Shown here piece by piece: positions 14,007 to 28,628 of a DNA stretch of 64,000 bases. The DNA is taken from assembly GCF_009914755.1 (NCBI RefSeq), contig NC_060942.1; one strand, written 5' to 3'. Both the position numbers and the translations under genes were made by a program. The notes under the pieces are model-generated. The model was given only the letters and a program-made list of their open reading frames with translations, did no database searches and was not told the origin of the DNA. The stretch's first letter is position 1; each line of letters opens with the position of its first letter. Origin of the DNA: the human T2T-CHM13v2.0 reference genome, Homo sapiens.

Positions 14007-14516
14007 TGTACATTGTGTCAGAGTTCCCCCCAAAAAACAGAACAAATAGAATATATAGAGAGAGAAATATGAGAGGAAATTGATCATAGGGATTGGCTGT
14101 ATTATTTTGGAGGCTCAGGGTGTCTCACAATATACCATCTGCAAGCCAGAGAAACAGGGAAGCTTACAGGTTGGAACAGTGCAAGTCTGAAGGCCTCAGA
14201 AGCAGGACAGCCAGTGGTATAACCCTCTGTCTAAGGCCAAAGGCTGATGACCTGGAGTTCTAATGTTCAATTCAAGGGCAGGAAAAAATGGGAGAGGGAG
14301 GAATTTGCCTTCTGCTTTTTTGTTCTACCCAAACCCTCAGCTGATTGGATAGTGCCTGCCAACACTGGATGAGGGCATATCTTTCTACTCACTTCTCTGA
14401 TTCAAATGCCAATCTCCTCCATAAACTCCTCACAGAGATGCACTGAAATTATGCAATAATACAGCTTTTTGGGTATTCCTAATTCAGTAAAGTTCACACT
14501 TAATTTAAGCATCACA
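14007..14516 (-). mobile_element. MLT2C-type ERVL LTR
   Basis: ccatctgcaagc, aagtctgaaggcct, tcaagggcagga, gattggatagtgcctgcc, ctgattcaaatgccaatctc, ends catcaca. Confidence 0.85.
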
Positions 14517-14545
14517 TACATGTACACACACATCTCTCTCTTTCA

Positions 14546-14599
<54 letters not shown>

Positions 14600-14700
14600 T
14601 ACACACATATATATACACACATATATGTGTGTATTTATGTGTGTACATATACACACACAAATACATATACATGTATGTGTATGTATGCATAGATAGATAT
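14517..14700. repeat. Compound microsatellite (TC)n(TA)n with CA/TG-rich tail
   Basis: Directly visible dinucleotide runs. Confidence 0.9.
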
Positions 14701-14792
14701 ACGATTTCTACATTGCCTTGCCTTATCTAAATAGTAATTTTTCTCTTTCATATTGAATCACTGTCCCAGAAAACCAGTTATTCCTATATCCA

Positions 14793-15149
14793 TGTATTAG
14801 TCCATTTTCAAGCTGCTAATAAAGTCATACCTGAGACTGGGAAGAAAAAGAGGTTTAATTGGACTTACAGTTTCACATGGCTGGGGAGGCCTCAGAATCA
14901 TGACAGGAGGTGAAAGGCACTGCTTACATGGCAGCGACAAGAGAAAATGAGGAAGAAGCCAAAGCGGAAGCCCCCGATGATAAACCCATCAGATCTTGTG
15001 AGACCTATTCACTATCAAGAGAATAGCACGGGAAAGACCAGCCGCCTTGATTCAATTACCTCCCCCTTGGGTCCCTCCCACAACACGTGGGAATTCTGGG
15101 AGATACAATTCAAGTTGGATTTGAGTGGGGACACAGCCAAACCATGCCA
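14793..15149 (-). mobile_element. THE1C-type solo MaLR LTR
   Basis: tgtattagtccattttc..gaagaaaaagaggtttaattggacttacag..acacagccaaaccat; 5-bp TSD atcca/ttcca. Confidence 0.9.
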
Positions 15150-15829
15150 TTCCACTATTGTCTTCAAATATCCTTTAAAAAAAAAAAAAAAAAGCTTATG
15201 TTTCCAATTCACAGTTTCTACTAGGCATTCCCAATTGTGTGCACAGTTTTGTGTCAAGACTTAAGGAATGCTCTGGGGTTGCAGTGTGTGCAGATTAAAT
15301 CATGGAAGTTTTATATGTCAATGAACATCCACTCCCTACTCTTTTTCAGAGCAGTGGAAGTGAGGAAGCAGCTCCATAGAAGTAAGTTCAATGTATAGCT
15401 CCATTAGACACACAAAAAATAATGACAGACTCAAAATGGGTATTTGGTATCATTGTTTAGTTATTTCTCCCACTTCGATTTTATTTCATCAGAAAATTTA
15501 CTAGAAAGTATTATAGTTCATAGCTCTAGGTTAATAAACACATTTTGGTGAAGGGTAAAATATTTATATATTTTTTCAAATATTACACAATAAAAGTGGG
15601 AAATCAACATTTTATTCATGACCATTGTGTCATATCAAAATATTCATATTAATAATGCAATATTATATTTGTGATTACAGTTAGTGGTAGTTTAGTACAA
15701 GAAGAGGAGATGATAGATAGGATAGGTAACTTTTTTTTTCACCTATTTCTAGCTGCCCAAATTGGCTACAAATGCATACAAAGACACTGTCAATGGATAT
15801 AGAGACAAGCAATAATTGGGGCTAATGAA

Positions 15830-16500
15830 TACTTGATGAACAGTGCTAACCCATACTGATGAAGACAACTATGAGCTATAAATTTCCTTGCAAAAAGGTT
15901 GACAGAGATAGTGTCTTCAAAAAAGTAACATTTAATACAAACCTATAATGATGTAATAATGCATAGGAGTCAGCTTGGGAAAAAGTGTGCCATGGAAAGA
16001 GCACAGATGTGTGAATGTTCTAAAGGAAGGATTAATTTGCAGAATTCCCCAAACAAAGAGGAGGTTAATATTGTAATGGATAGAGCAAGTTATTCATGCA
16101 ATACAGAGCCTGAGAGGAAGCTAGAGACCAACTAGTTCATGCAGAGCACTGCAGGTAATTTTAGTCCCATGAAACTTTATTCTAAGGCAAATGGAAAATC
16201 TTCCCCAGTCATTTTAATTGACAAACTGAGTATATGTTTTAAGGAAATCTATGTGCCTGATTTTTAGAAAATGCATTGCAGCAGCAAGAGTCACACAGGA
16301 AAACTAGGTCAGATGCACACACACATGGTCCAGTTAATGGGTGACGGCAAATTGAATCAAGGTGTTGTTAGCAGAAATAAAATCAGAGGCAATTAGGCAC
16401 GAATTAAAATGGTATGGGCAGATCTGGGTGATGACATTGATATGGTTCCAAGAGAGAGATTTAAAAAGATCAAATGTCTTTGAAATTCACAACTGGAAAT
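15830..16500 (-). mobile_element. L2 LINE relic
   Basis: Purine-rich L2-like motifs (aagtaacattt, actttattctaag..aatggaaa, tatgttttaaggaaatc, atggtccag). Confidence 0.5.
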
Positions 16501-16629
16501 ACTAAAGCATATACTTGTAACTTTGATTCAGTTTTGTTTATTTTATATATTTTCTCTATCCCCGAACGGCCTTGTCTACCATTCTCAATACAGAATGTCA
16601 CATTCCTCTGACCTTTTACCCTTACGTTC

Positions 16630-17249
16630 TGTGATGGTTAATTTTATGTGTCAACTCATCTGGCAGTGGCCTCAATATTCCAATGGGCCTATATCAGGTG
16701 TCCAGATGTTTGGTTTAACATTATTCTGGGTAAGTCTGTGAGGGTGTTTCTGGAAGAGATTCACATCTGACTTAGTAGACTAAGTAAAGCAGACTGCTCA
16801 TCAGGATGTGATGGCAGTCCTGAAGGCCAGAAGTCCTGAAGGCCGAGTAAGAGAATTTGCTCCCTCTGCCTGACTGGGTGAAAAATCACCCAATTGCTTA
16901 TGACTAATTTTCTAATGGGAGTGATTAACGGATTATGTAAAGCTTAACTGCTTATTTTTAAGTAAAACCTGAGACATTACTCTTCTCTGGCCTTCTAGAT
17001 TCAGACTTGGACTGGAATGACATCATCAGCTCTCCTGAGTCTCCATCTTGCCAGCTAGAGATCTTGGGACATCTCAGCCTGTATAACTGTGCTAGACAAG
17101 TATTTATTATCTATGTCTATCTGTCTATAATCTACCTATTATTTTACACTTGACCTCAGCCGAAAGGCAGAGAAGCGATCTATTATTTTATATCATTATT
17201 ATTGATACCTTATTGGTTCTGCTCCTCTGGAGAAGCTAGAATAAAATAT
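16630..17249 (+). mobile_element. MLT2B/D-type ERVL LTR carrying secondary insertions
   Basis: Starts tgtgatggttaattttatgtgtcaact; gtctgtgagggtgtttctggaagagatt; gatcttgggac..ctcagcct; ends tattggttctgctcctctggagaa. Confidence 0.88.
17145..17179 (-). pseudogene. U2 snRNA 5' fragment (nt 1-35), tailless retropseudogene
   Basis: Reverse complement reads ATCGCTTCTCTGCCTTTCGGCTGAGGTCAAGTGTA versus U2 ATCGCTTCTCGGCCTTTTGGCTAAGATCAAGTGTA (4 mismatches); flanked by direct repeat ctattatttta. Confidence 0.93.
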
Positions 17250-17489
17250 TTACTAGGTAACATCCTTTTTTTTTTGTTTTAAAATTTGCTCCTTGGTGAT
17301 CACTAAGACTTTTATTAGTAAGGGGCTTAGTAGAACTCTAGAACTAGAACTCTTAGGTATGTTCTTATGGAGAACAAGATCTTTACTTATCCAGGTAAAT
17401 TACTTATTTCAATTAGTATGCAACAAATGATCAAGGAACTCCAGCTGAGGTAACCATTTTAGCCCATGAATTATTGCTTTCTTAAATAA

Positions 17490-18030
17490 TCTTTTTATTG
17501 GAGTAAAACATACCTAAAGCAATGTGCACAAATTATAATCTATCATTTAATAAGTTATCAGAAACATAACTCATCTAACTGCAGCCCAGGTTAGGACATG
17601 GAGTATTTTCATCACTCCACTATCCATTTGTTCTTAACCAATCACTACTCTTCCCTAACAATATCAATTATCCTGACTTCTAAGTCTATATAATTTTTGC
17701 CTGTTTCTAAGCTATACATGAATCAAAGTATATTGCATATTATTTTGATACTACTTTATTTTGTCCAATAGCATATTTGTGAAATGCATCTACTTTTTTT
17801 TTTCACACTGATAGTAGTCCTAGTATTTTAAAATATGTTTATTGGGATATAAGAAATTTTGGCATAAGTATACACCCCTCAAAACCATAACCACAGTCAA
17901 AATAATAATGAAGATGTACATCATCCTCCCAAATTCCTTTCTGTCCTTTATTCTTCCTTCTCATTTCTCACAATTCCTGACCCACATTTTCAGGGAACTA
18001 ATGATCATCTTTATGTTACTCTTTATATTG
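17490..18030 (-). mobile_element. Old L1M (L1ME/MC-like) 3' UTR fragments
   Basis: tttattggagtaaaacatac..gtgcacaaat, tatcctgacttctaa, accataaccacagtcaa..catcatcctcccaaattcc. Confidence 0.6.
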
Positions 18031-20185
18031 TAACTATTAATCACTACGTGTTTCATTTTATAACTTTATCATAGTTTATAAAGATTCTCCCATATATGTA
18101 ATTCTGGACACAACCTTGTCACATGGGCGTGATTAAGAATAATGGGAGTTAAAACTGAGGTTTAGAGGGGTTAAGCTGTTTACTTAGAGTAGATCTCATA
18201 TTAAATGGCAGTTAGCCTTTAAGTATTAAACTTCACCCTAATTTGGATGCTATGATTCCAAATTCTTAGCTTTTACTACATAATACAATTTTCATACTGA
18301 ACAGTAAATTTTCTCTAGTCAAACTTCTCGAATTTCTTCATCATAGCAAAGCACTTATTTCTGCTATTACCAATATTTGCATACTTTAAAAGTTTAGCAT
18401 TCTTAAAACAAAATTGTCCCACTGCCAATGGTCTTCACATGTTCTAATGAATGTAACTGACATTTAGGAAGGCATAATTAGTCAAAACCATAGCTTACCA
18501 CTTACTATGTTATTGAGAAAAATCACCCAGTCATTTATGGCGCTAATTTTCTAACAGTAATGACTTATGGATGATGTAAAACTTGACTATTTTTAAATAA
18601 TAGAAAATGAAGGGAAAAATAGAAAGGGTAAGACATTATACACTTATTCATATGCTAACTATAATGAACTTAGCTTTGACATATTATCTCTGCCATTTAA
18701 ATGATGATTGTCTATAAATACTTGTTATGAACTTGAACCTATAGCAGAGTGTGACATCTTTCAATAAAATATTCAGTGTGATGCTTTGAGGTCTTCAGAG
18801 GAACATGAAATAGTTCCCAAATTGCACATTACATGTAGTTTTCCATTACACACTGCACAAAATGTCCTTGACATTCAAGAGTGTACTATCATATTTTAGT
18901 CTAACTCACTCCGGGGTGTATTTGAAAATACCCTCCATTTGCCTTTAATAATAATGACTTGTCATATGGAATCCAGCTCTCAGATAATATAACATAATAT
19001 GTACTTGGTGGTTTTATTAACTGTCAAATGAAACCCAATAGTCGTCAGAAACATTTTCCCCTTCTGTCATGCAATTGTTCTCAGCATGTTTCATTTCTGA
19101 CCATTAATGTAAAAGGTTAATAAACTCAACTACTTGATGTTATTAATATTCAATATGCATGGCAAGTGAATCATTTTTCAAGCTTTTGATTTTTAAAGAT
19201 GCTGGGCCATTAATGTTACTATTTTGTGGGCTTGTAAAATTACACCATGCAGCATGCATGCCATAATTTGAATACTAAAAGGTTTGTGAAGAATTCTTTG
19301 CTACATTACACTTTACTCACCTTTATTGAAATTCGGACTCTTTGGAATGTAAAATGTCTCTCTCTCTCTTCTTAATATTTTATTTTCACTTGTTCTTATT
19401 CCTTATTAATAAATAGCAATATTTAATCAAATTTTTAAAATTTCTGGCTTTACTGGATCTCTGATTAATATAAAATCAGATCCAGATTTTATCTAAGAAT
19501 AATTTAATGGTCAATGTCCATTGTTATATAGATTATTGGTTAAATATGTTTAACTGAGTCTTCTAGTTGTAAAATATGTTACAAATGTAAAAGGAATTTG
19601 AACCAAGTTTCAGGCATAATTCACAGATTGTTACTCAGAATCATTAAAGGGGTGTAGGGTTATGAAAATAATGAATTACGAATAGGAGTTTGAAGACTTG
19701 AGCTTTGTCTTCAATGTGTACTTTTAATTCAGTTTTCTTTTTCTTAGTTTGCCTGTCTCTCAGTTACCTTTTTCCCTTGAAATTGAAATCAATTTCCTAC
19801 AGTGCATTTTATTTTCAAATAAATAGCTAACAATAAAAAGCAATAACAAAAGATACATTAACTAAATCAATCTTATTGAAACAATCAGAACTGAACAAAA
19901 CATTGAAAGTTGTTAAAGTAGTCATTGAAATTTATGTTGGCATATTGAAACTGTTATTACGTAAGAAAAATGTCTTTGACACAATTGACAGAAGAAAGGA
20001 AGAAAAACATTTAAAAGTGTAGCATTCTCCTTTTTTCTAGGTATCTATAATCAACCACCAAAGGAAACTAAATATAAGTGTTAAGGATTTAGAGGATAAC
20101 AATAATTAGATATTCTTGTTCCTAAAATAATCTCAAAATAAAGTAATCCTAGGAGTAAGTAGTATCATTGAGAGGTTACTTTTCA

Positions 20186-20580
<395 letters not shown>

Positions 20581-22314
20581 AGAAATATACACAGAAAGTG
20601 CTTATTTTTCTGTAACTTACAAGTATAGAGAATTTTAAGCATATTGTGAATATACTATTAAAATAAACTGACCAATATTATCAATAGGACATTGGCCTAG
20701 CTCCAGAGTGCTGAGCTGCTGCCTTAGAAGAATTTGACTCTGATTTTCATGTTGTATCTGAAAGTAAAGATCAAAGATATTACCAGAGTCTTTTCCTCAG
20801 GAGGATGGGATAAAATTAATGGTGGGGCATAATTTTTGGTGCTAAAAATACTTGTGTAGGTAATTTGAGGTTGCCTTGATCTGAGGCTTTCAATAAACAC
20901 TTTAGTGAGCAAGAGATCTGCTGGAATCTTTTAAAATATAGTTGCAGCTTTACAGAGAGGTACTTGATAAAGAGAAATATATATAAAGATTTTTGAGAAA
21001 TTGAAGACATCTCAAATAGCCCTTGATATGGAGAATAATCTTTTATTTCTGTCCAAAGAAAGAAATTCTCTAGCTCTAGTAATTTACAAAGTAGAATTTA
21101 AGGAGAATTTTGCACTTTGAAATACCAACATTTGAATGGATTTGTATTATAACAAATAGAAGGGAAAAAGCAAATCAGACTTACATTTTTATAAAGATTT
21201 TGTACTCTGAGAACGAGATGGCAGAAAATGAGAATAATTTAAAATGTTTAATTAAGCTTTGTTATAAAAAAGGGAACAAGTTGATTTGGATTTCTTGGGT
21301 CTACATGGGACAAAGATTAAGAGATACCACCAAGACTAAGTTGGCGATAAATGAAAATCTGGACCTAAACCAGTACAAAGTCATTTTATAGCCACCTGAC
21401 TATAAAGTTCCTTGATACAATAGACAGCAGAATATGACTAGAAGCAAATGCAAATAGTTAAAATTCCAGGATGAAATGATCAGGAAGCATGCATAACCCA
21501 AAGCCTCAGCTCTTCATGTAATTAAGGCTACAAAATATTTTCTCTGGCTTCCAAAATAGGTAGACAATTTTTCTAACTCGCATAAAATATTATCCATCAT
21601 TCAAGACTCCTATGAAAACATGTATTAATTATTGATTTGGACTCTATAAGGCTTAATTACACAAGGGGAAACCTGCTTATAAAATAATATTTAACAAATT
21701 GTTCTTAAGAATCTACACATTACCTGTGTAATTTAAAATTAGTGAGCAATTTCTTTCAGCTTTGGTGTTTAACTTGCTTAGAGTTGATCATGTTAACACT
21801 GAATTCAAGTAAAGACAGTTCTAACATTGCAAAGATTGTAGGTAATTTAAATATCTACATAGAACATTTTAACTTTGCCTTGTTTCAACCCTGCATAAAA
21901 ATTTAAACTCCAAGTGTATGTCAACATTTTTTTTCCTTCAGCTATGCAAAGTGTTACAAGACTAAGCAAAGAATCTTTAAAAAGGTGATGCTAGGTAGCA
22001 TTTGTACAACAAATAGGCATTTCAGTGACTGTCAATAAAGTAATGGAAAAATGCCTCTATCCTCAGCTATGTGTAACCCCCTTAGAAATAGTGTAACATA
22101 TTTGATAAAATAAAATTTATAAAAAATTTAAATAATTCTAAACCAGAGAGTGAATGATAACCAATTCATAAACTTAAACTTTGTCAGAGATTTTGACTGC
22201 AGTTGGGCTTTGAACTGATAAAGACTGTCAGTTCATGGAAAACATACCATTCCTTTATATCTTTCTGTCTGCCTCAGCTACTAAATAAATGCTGGATTTA
22301 AAATAAGTATTTCA

Positions 22315-22624
<310 letters not shown>

Positions 22625-24968
22625 TCATATTGATAAATATATTATTTATAGCATAGATGCTTTGGTAAATAGGCTAATAAAAGGAGACTGAAGTGCAAAT
22701 ATATTTGTGCTGCATTTGTGTACACACTAACATGTGAGGGAGCAGGGGCTCAAGCAGAGATATTTTAGAATTCTGTTTCTAAAATTATAATATTCATATT
22801 ATACTCTACTCATCAATATATTTGTAATAACAATATTTCTAATAATAAATAATTATTTACAGATCTCAAAAAAGGTCCTATTCTTTTTTACAAAATATGA
22901 GACACAAATATTGAAATTAAGGCTACTCTTTGTCTATCACGCCTGATTTCTCTTTCAGGTTGACTGTCTGGAGAGCAGATCATTGCTTTATGGTAATGGT
23001 GTGAGATCACCCTTATAAGAGAAGTCAAATTGGAGAAATGTGGGAAGAGGTATTGAAAAGTTGTAACTTTTATAGGTTGAGTGAGATCTGGAAATTGGTG
23101 CAACCACTAAAAATATATTAATTTAAATGGTTAGTCTGTTTTAGGATTTTTGATTCAGGCTTTCTGTTACAGAGGTATTCCTGCTGTAGATACTGACATG
23201 AGTCAGAATGGTGACATTTACAGAGGCAGTTTTCTACTGGAGCTGTCGTTTTCAGCTCAAATTTTTCCTAAATTGGTTTTCGACTGTTTCAGCTGGAATG
23301 ACTAGAGGCTCTGTCTCCATGGGGGGCAGGTGCATGCACCTGCCTGGATTTCTCCTGTGGCTGATTCACATTTGGGCACTAGTGAAAATATTGCCAAAGT
23401 TGTATGCAGATAAGCTGTTGCTGTAATCAGATATAAGAGATGCAAGAATCTGACAAGTAAGCCCTAGCACACAAACCATTCTTTTGCTGGACTCTAGAAA
23501 AGAATCAGATAATTATGATGATGATTCAGCATCCCACGCTTAGGTATTTAGAATTAAATTTTAATTTCTTTCTCTTGTTCTTTGGTGAATGTTTTTAATT
23601 TCCAAGCAATTATTTGTTAATTCATAGAAAGCTTTTATTGTATTAGAGCCCGAAAATAAATAAAACCAAAACATCACATATTGCCTCTGCCGTTAAACAC
23701 TTACAGATTAGTGAAAAAGAAAACAGAAGTAAACAAAGAATTGCAATACACTGACGTAAGTCCAATAACAAATATTTCCCTAAGCAGAACAATATGAGAG
23801 ACCAATAAATCAAAGTCTACCCCCAAAATGTGAGTATCTGTCTAAGGCAGGTGATGGACCCATTCTGTGGATAACAGTTCTGCTACCAAAATGTAAACTT
23901 GACTTCATTTAATCAAATGATTCTATAAAGTATTGAAAATAATAAAGGCATCTCTATAGCTAGATTTTTAAATTTCTTAGAAAAATAATAAATTATATAT
24001 TTCTATACCTGAGTCACGGAGTTAGTATTTTGCATTGTATAATGCTCTGTCAAGGAAGCACTGGGTGATACTTTATCACAGAATTGTCACTGACTTATTA
24101 TTTACAGTTTATTAATGGCAAGTGTTTGTGTTCTGTGTTATTGTAACATCATTATTTCACAAAACACAGAAATTAATAAAATATTCATAGATATAAATTA
24201 GCCATGAATATTAAAAGACTTTAATTCATACAGACATTCAATCAACTAATTATCCATAAAAAAGATATTTACTACTTGAATTGCCATCTACCAAGAGTAA
24301 TTTTGGCAGATATTGTAAATATTTTCTGCCAAAAGCAACATTCATCTTTTGTTTAGCAAAAAGACAAACAAAACGCATATGAGAGATAAAAGTATGCTTT
24401 AATCAAGACATGGAAGCTGCTTCTTATCCCATGCTGTTATGTGGGTGATTACATTGGCTAATACTTTCATGATTTGTTTTATTTTTATGAATATACACAT
24501 AATATGAATTTGAATAGATTTTATATTACAAAATATGTGGAAAACTTCATTCCAAATTCCATCTTGGGAGCATATGTCAAAAATTTTTCCTCATGATAGC
24601 CTGATCTTTTATTAATAGGGTCTTCATTACTATTGTACCTAACTTTTTTTCTATATCATTTTGCCATTATCTCTTCTCTCCTCTTCCCCCTACTATCTAT
24701 GTATTATAAATTTGTCATGTTTTTGTATCTCTTTTTTTGAGTTGTCATTTGTTGGGGTCTAATGATAATGTAAACAGTTTTGGCTATGATTTTCATATTT
24801 TCTCTTACACTTATTCTCCCACCAAACATCTTATTTGTTTTGTCTTAATGATACTTTCTTTTTACTTTTATAGCATAATGAAAAAACTCTAAAATGAGGA
24901 AGTATTGTGATTTATATTTTATCTTCAGATTTAGCATATAGATATGGCTAATTATAACTGGACAATAG

Positions 24969-25302
<334 letters not shown>

Positions 25303-25345
25303 AAATGTATTTTTTACATATGCTCCGGTGCTATTATTCACAGTA

Positions 25346-25661
25346 TTTTTTCTTTTTCTCCTCCTTCTTCTTCTTTTTTTTTTTTTTTTTTTTTTTTTTA
25401 GAGATGGGTTCTCACTCTGTCACCCAAGCTGGAGTGCAGTAGCTCCTAGATTCAAGCCTCCAAGCCTTCCTCCCACCTCTGCCTTCTTAGTAGCTGGGAC
25501 TACAGGTGCACATCTCCATGCTGGCTAGTTTTTAATTTTTTTGTAGAGGAAGTGTCTCACATTGTTGTCCAGGCTGATCTTGAACTCCTGGCTTCAAGTG
25601 ATCCTCCTGCCTTGGTCTCCCAAAGTGCTGGGATTACAGACATGAGCCAAAGTGCCCAGCC
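25346..25661 (-). mobile_element. AluJ-type with a T/CTT-rich tail
   Basis: gagatgggttctcactctgtcaccca..gaactcctggcttcaagtgatcctcctgcc..gtgcccagcc. Confidence 0.92.
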
Positions 25662-26171
25662 TAATTTTTTAAAAAATTGCATTTCTTGCAATGACATTTT
25701 CCTAGTTCTTAGTAACTACCAATTGATGATTTACTATTTTCCTGGCATTGTGATAACCACTCTGAATGCATTATGTTAGAGCTTCTTCACAATAAATCCA
25801 TGGGGTGAATTTCTTTATGAATCCACTTTCAGATGATAAATATTAGCTTATTACAAAATAAGATTAAAATTTAAAGATAATAATTATTTCAAGATCAGAC
25901 TGGATATAAACGTAGCAGAGATTGTATTCTCACTAGGTTGCCTGCTCAAGATCTTAGCAAAACATGACCTGTGTATACACCTTGTCTTCTCACATTAATT
26001 TTGGGAGTTATTCTGAATTTCATTTGTTTTAGTTTTGATAATGCAACTGTATTATAATAACTACGTGATTATAATAAACATACATATAAATCACAGTTTA
26101 CCTATAACTTATATTTCAGGACTTTAATAGTTTTCCAATGAAAGTAGATACACCTCTAATAAAGTTTTCAC

Positions 26172-26789
26172 TGATGTATTCATAATGAGAGCTGCAGAAC
26201 TCCCAGCTCATAACCCCATCCAAACCCCTCCCCTAAGAGACTTGATCAACCGCTAACATGGCTTCTAGCAGCATAGGGCCATGTCCCTAGGATGATCCCA
26301 GGACCGCATTAAAATGCCTGCCTGAAGAAGAACAAGGCTGACAGAATTGACTGTTCCAGCCACACCTGAGACAGGGCCAACTGCCCTTTCTCAGTGCATT
26401 TACAAAAAGGGCCTACAATTGTGAATATGTGTCTCTTACAACTCAGATGTGTCTCTCAAGGACCTGAGAGCCATTTCTTTGAAATGTAATCCTTAGAGAG
26501 GATAGATCCTGTCTCCTGGTGTCTGTGGAAGATAGAATTCTAACTTAGATAGCTGCCAGCTAACACACTCAGCTGGCATGATCACACTGACACTAACCAA
26601 CACTTCATATTTTTTCACTTCTCTCACTCTACTGAGCCCCTCACTCCCTCCTTCCTCATTCCCCTTTTAAAATACCCAATTTTCCTTTGTACAAATTGAA
26701 GTGGATCTCAGCTCTTTATTCTACTGTCAGTAATATTTGAATAAAATCTGTTTTTACCACTCTAAGATCTGGCTGTTTTATCTTTGACA
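26172..26789 (+). mobile_element. MER31-type ERV1 solo LTR
   Basis: TG...CA ends; aaaatgcctgcctga, tctcaaggacctgagagccatttctttgaaatgtaatc, gaataaaatctgtttttaccact, ends tctttgaca. Confidence 0.78.
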
Positions 26790-26908
26790 GTACAAATCTA
26801 TATTTGTCTTCATTCAGTCAAGTAGTTAACTGAGGCACTATTTGCATTATTCCAGCTAAAGGAGAGGTAAACCAAGTGCATATTCAGGATGATAAAAGTT
26901 TATTTTGG

Positions 26909-27198
26909 GGCCCAGCGCGGTGGCTCACACCCATAATCCCAGCACTTTGGGAGGAAGAGATGGGCGGATCAGGTATTCAAGACCAGCCTGGTCAACATGG
27001 CGAAACCCTGTCTCTACTAAAAATACAAAATAATTAGCCAGGCATGGTGGTGCGTGCCTGCAATCCCAGCTACTCAGGAGCCTCAGTGGGAGAATTACTT
27101 GAACCCAGGCAGTGGAGGTTGAAGTAAGCCGAGATGGCATCACTGCACTCCAGCCTGGGTGACACAGAAAGACTCTGTCAACAACAACAACAAAAAAA
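26909..27198 (+). mobile_element. AluS-type with (ACA)n tail
   Basis: ggcccagcgcggtggctcac...gactctgtca. Confidence 0.93.
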
Positions 27199-28490
27199 CT
27201 CTAAGAACAAACTCAGCTACACCTACAAACACACACATATACACACACACAAATCTACAACAACCCTACAGTAAATAAATTTTCTGTGGTGTAGCACTGA
27301 GCTTTGATATGGTAATTAAAGAAATGTTTTCCTAAGTCATTAAAACATGTCAAAAGGTCAGAATTGTTTCAGTGGTTACAATCTTAAGATTTCATTTTAG
27401 GAAAAAAATTGCATGTAATTTAGATTTTACAATATATTTGAATGCTTCCTTTGATGTTAATCTGAATTAGTTATAATTCATTGTGTATATTTAGCTACAT
27501 AGGTGGAAAGTATTTTTTGGTATACTTCACAGCTACATTTTATGGAAGGCATTACCTTTCATTTGTGATATTAAAATATAATGGTTTCATTTCATAATGA
27601 ATGTATGTAACAAAGGATTTTCTAATTGATATAAAGACTATAATTTCAAGTTTCATAAAGACATCTTATTTGTGTAAAACTTTAATGGAGAGGAATCATG
27701 AATGTGTTTTTATGCCCATTTACTTATAAAATATGGGAAAAATGGAAAAGATTAGATTCACTGAAAAGATTTTAAAGATAAAACTTTCATAATTCCGATA
27801 ATTGTGTGTTCTTTGGAACACTGGGAATATATTTAGATGGTTTCTCTTAAAAGTAAGGCAACTGTCACACATTATAATTACTTATACAACTTTCTTAGCA
27901 TCTCAAAAAATTAGTGAGATCTGCATTATTATGTTCAAACATTGCATAGATATAGAAGTATAAATGTCTATTACATTCCAGTAAAACTTCCAAACCACAG
28001 GTATTTTTAAGAAACTTAAAAATTATTTTTAAGCATTTTAGGACCTTAAAATACTCTTTAAAACAAAGGCTTTACCAACCAATTCTGAATATACTCAGTT
28101 TTTGTCTTATTGTTGTTTTTTTTCTCTCGTAGCCCTTAAAATAAATGAATTAGTTTATATTTCATCCAGTTAAATTTTAAATATCAAAAAGCTTATTTTA
28201 TCTATTAAGAATCCAGTATTTTCTAAAAGTCTGATGACTTCTATTGATTTGTTATAAATTTGTGTATATTTTACACTTCATACTAATGAAAAATATATCT
28301 CTGTTTTCCATTTTGATTCTTATAAAACCTATTAATGGAAGAAAAATGATGACTCTCAATTGTCAATGGCTGAGGAAAAAATATGGTTGTCTGGTCACAT
28401 ATTCTTTGGTGATGCAATTTGGCTTTGCTAGAGAATAAAGCTCCATCTAAAAACAAAGACATTTGATTTCCATTTTATTTATAATAGCTG

Positions 28491-28628
28491 ATTTTTAAAT
28501 ATTTTTAAAATTGTTAATGTTTTGGGTACATAGTACATGTATATGTTTATGGGGTACCTACAATAATTGATGTAGGTATACGATGTGTAATAATTACATC
28601 AGGGTAAATGGAGTATTCATCACCTCAA
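28491..28628 (-). mobile_element. L1MA 3' terminal fragment
   Basis: tgggtacatagta..gtatat..ttatggggtac..tgtgtaataattacatcagggtaaatggagtattcatcacctcaa. Confidence 0.8.
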
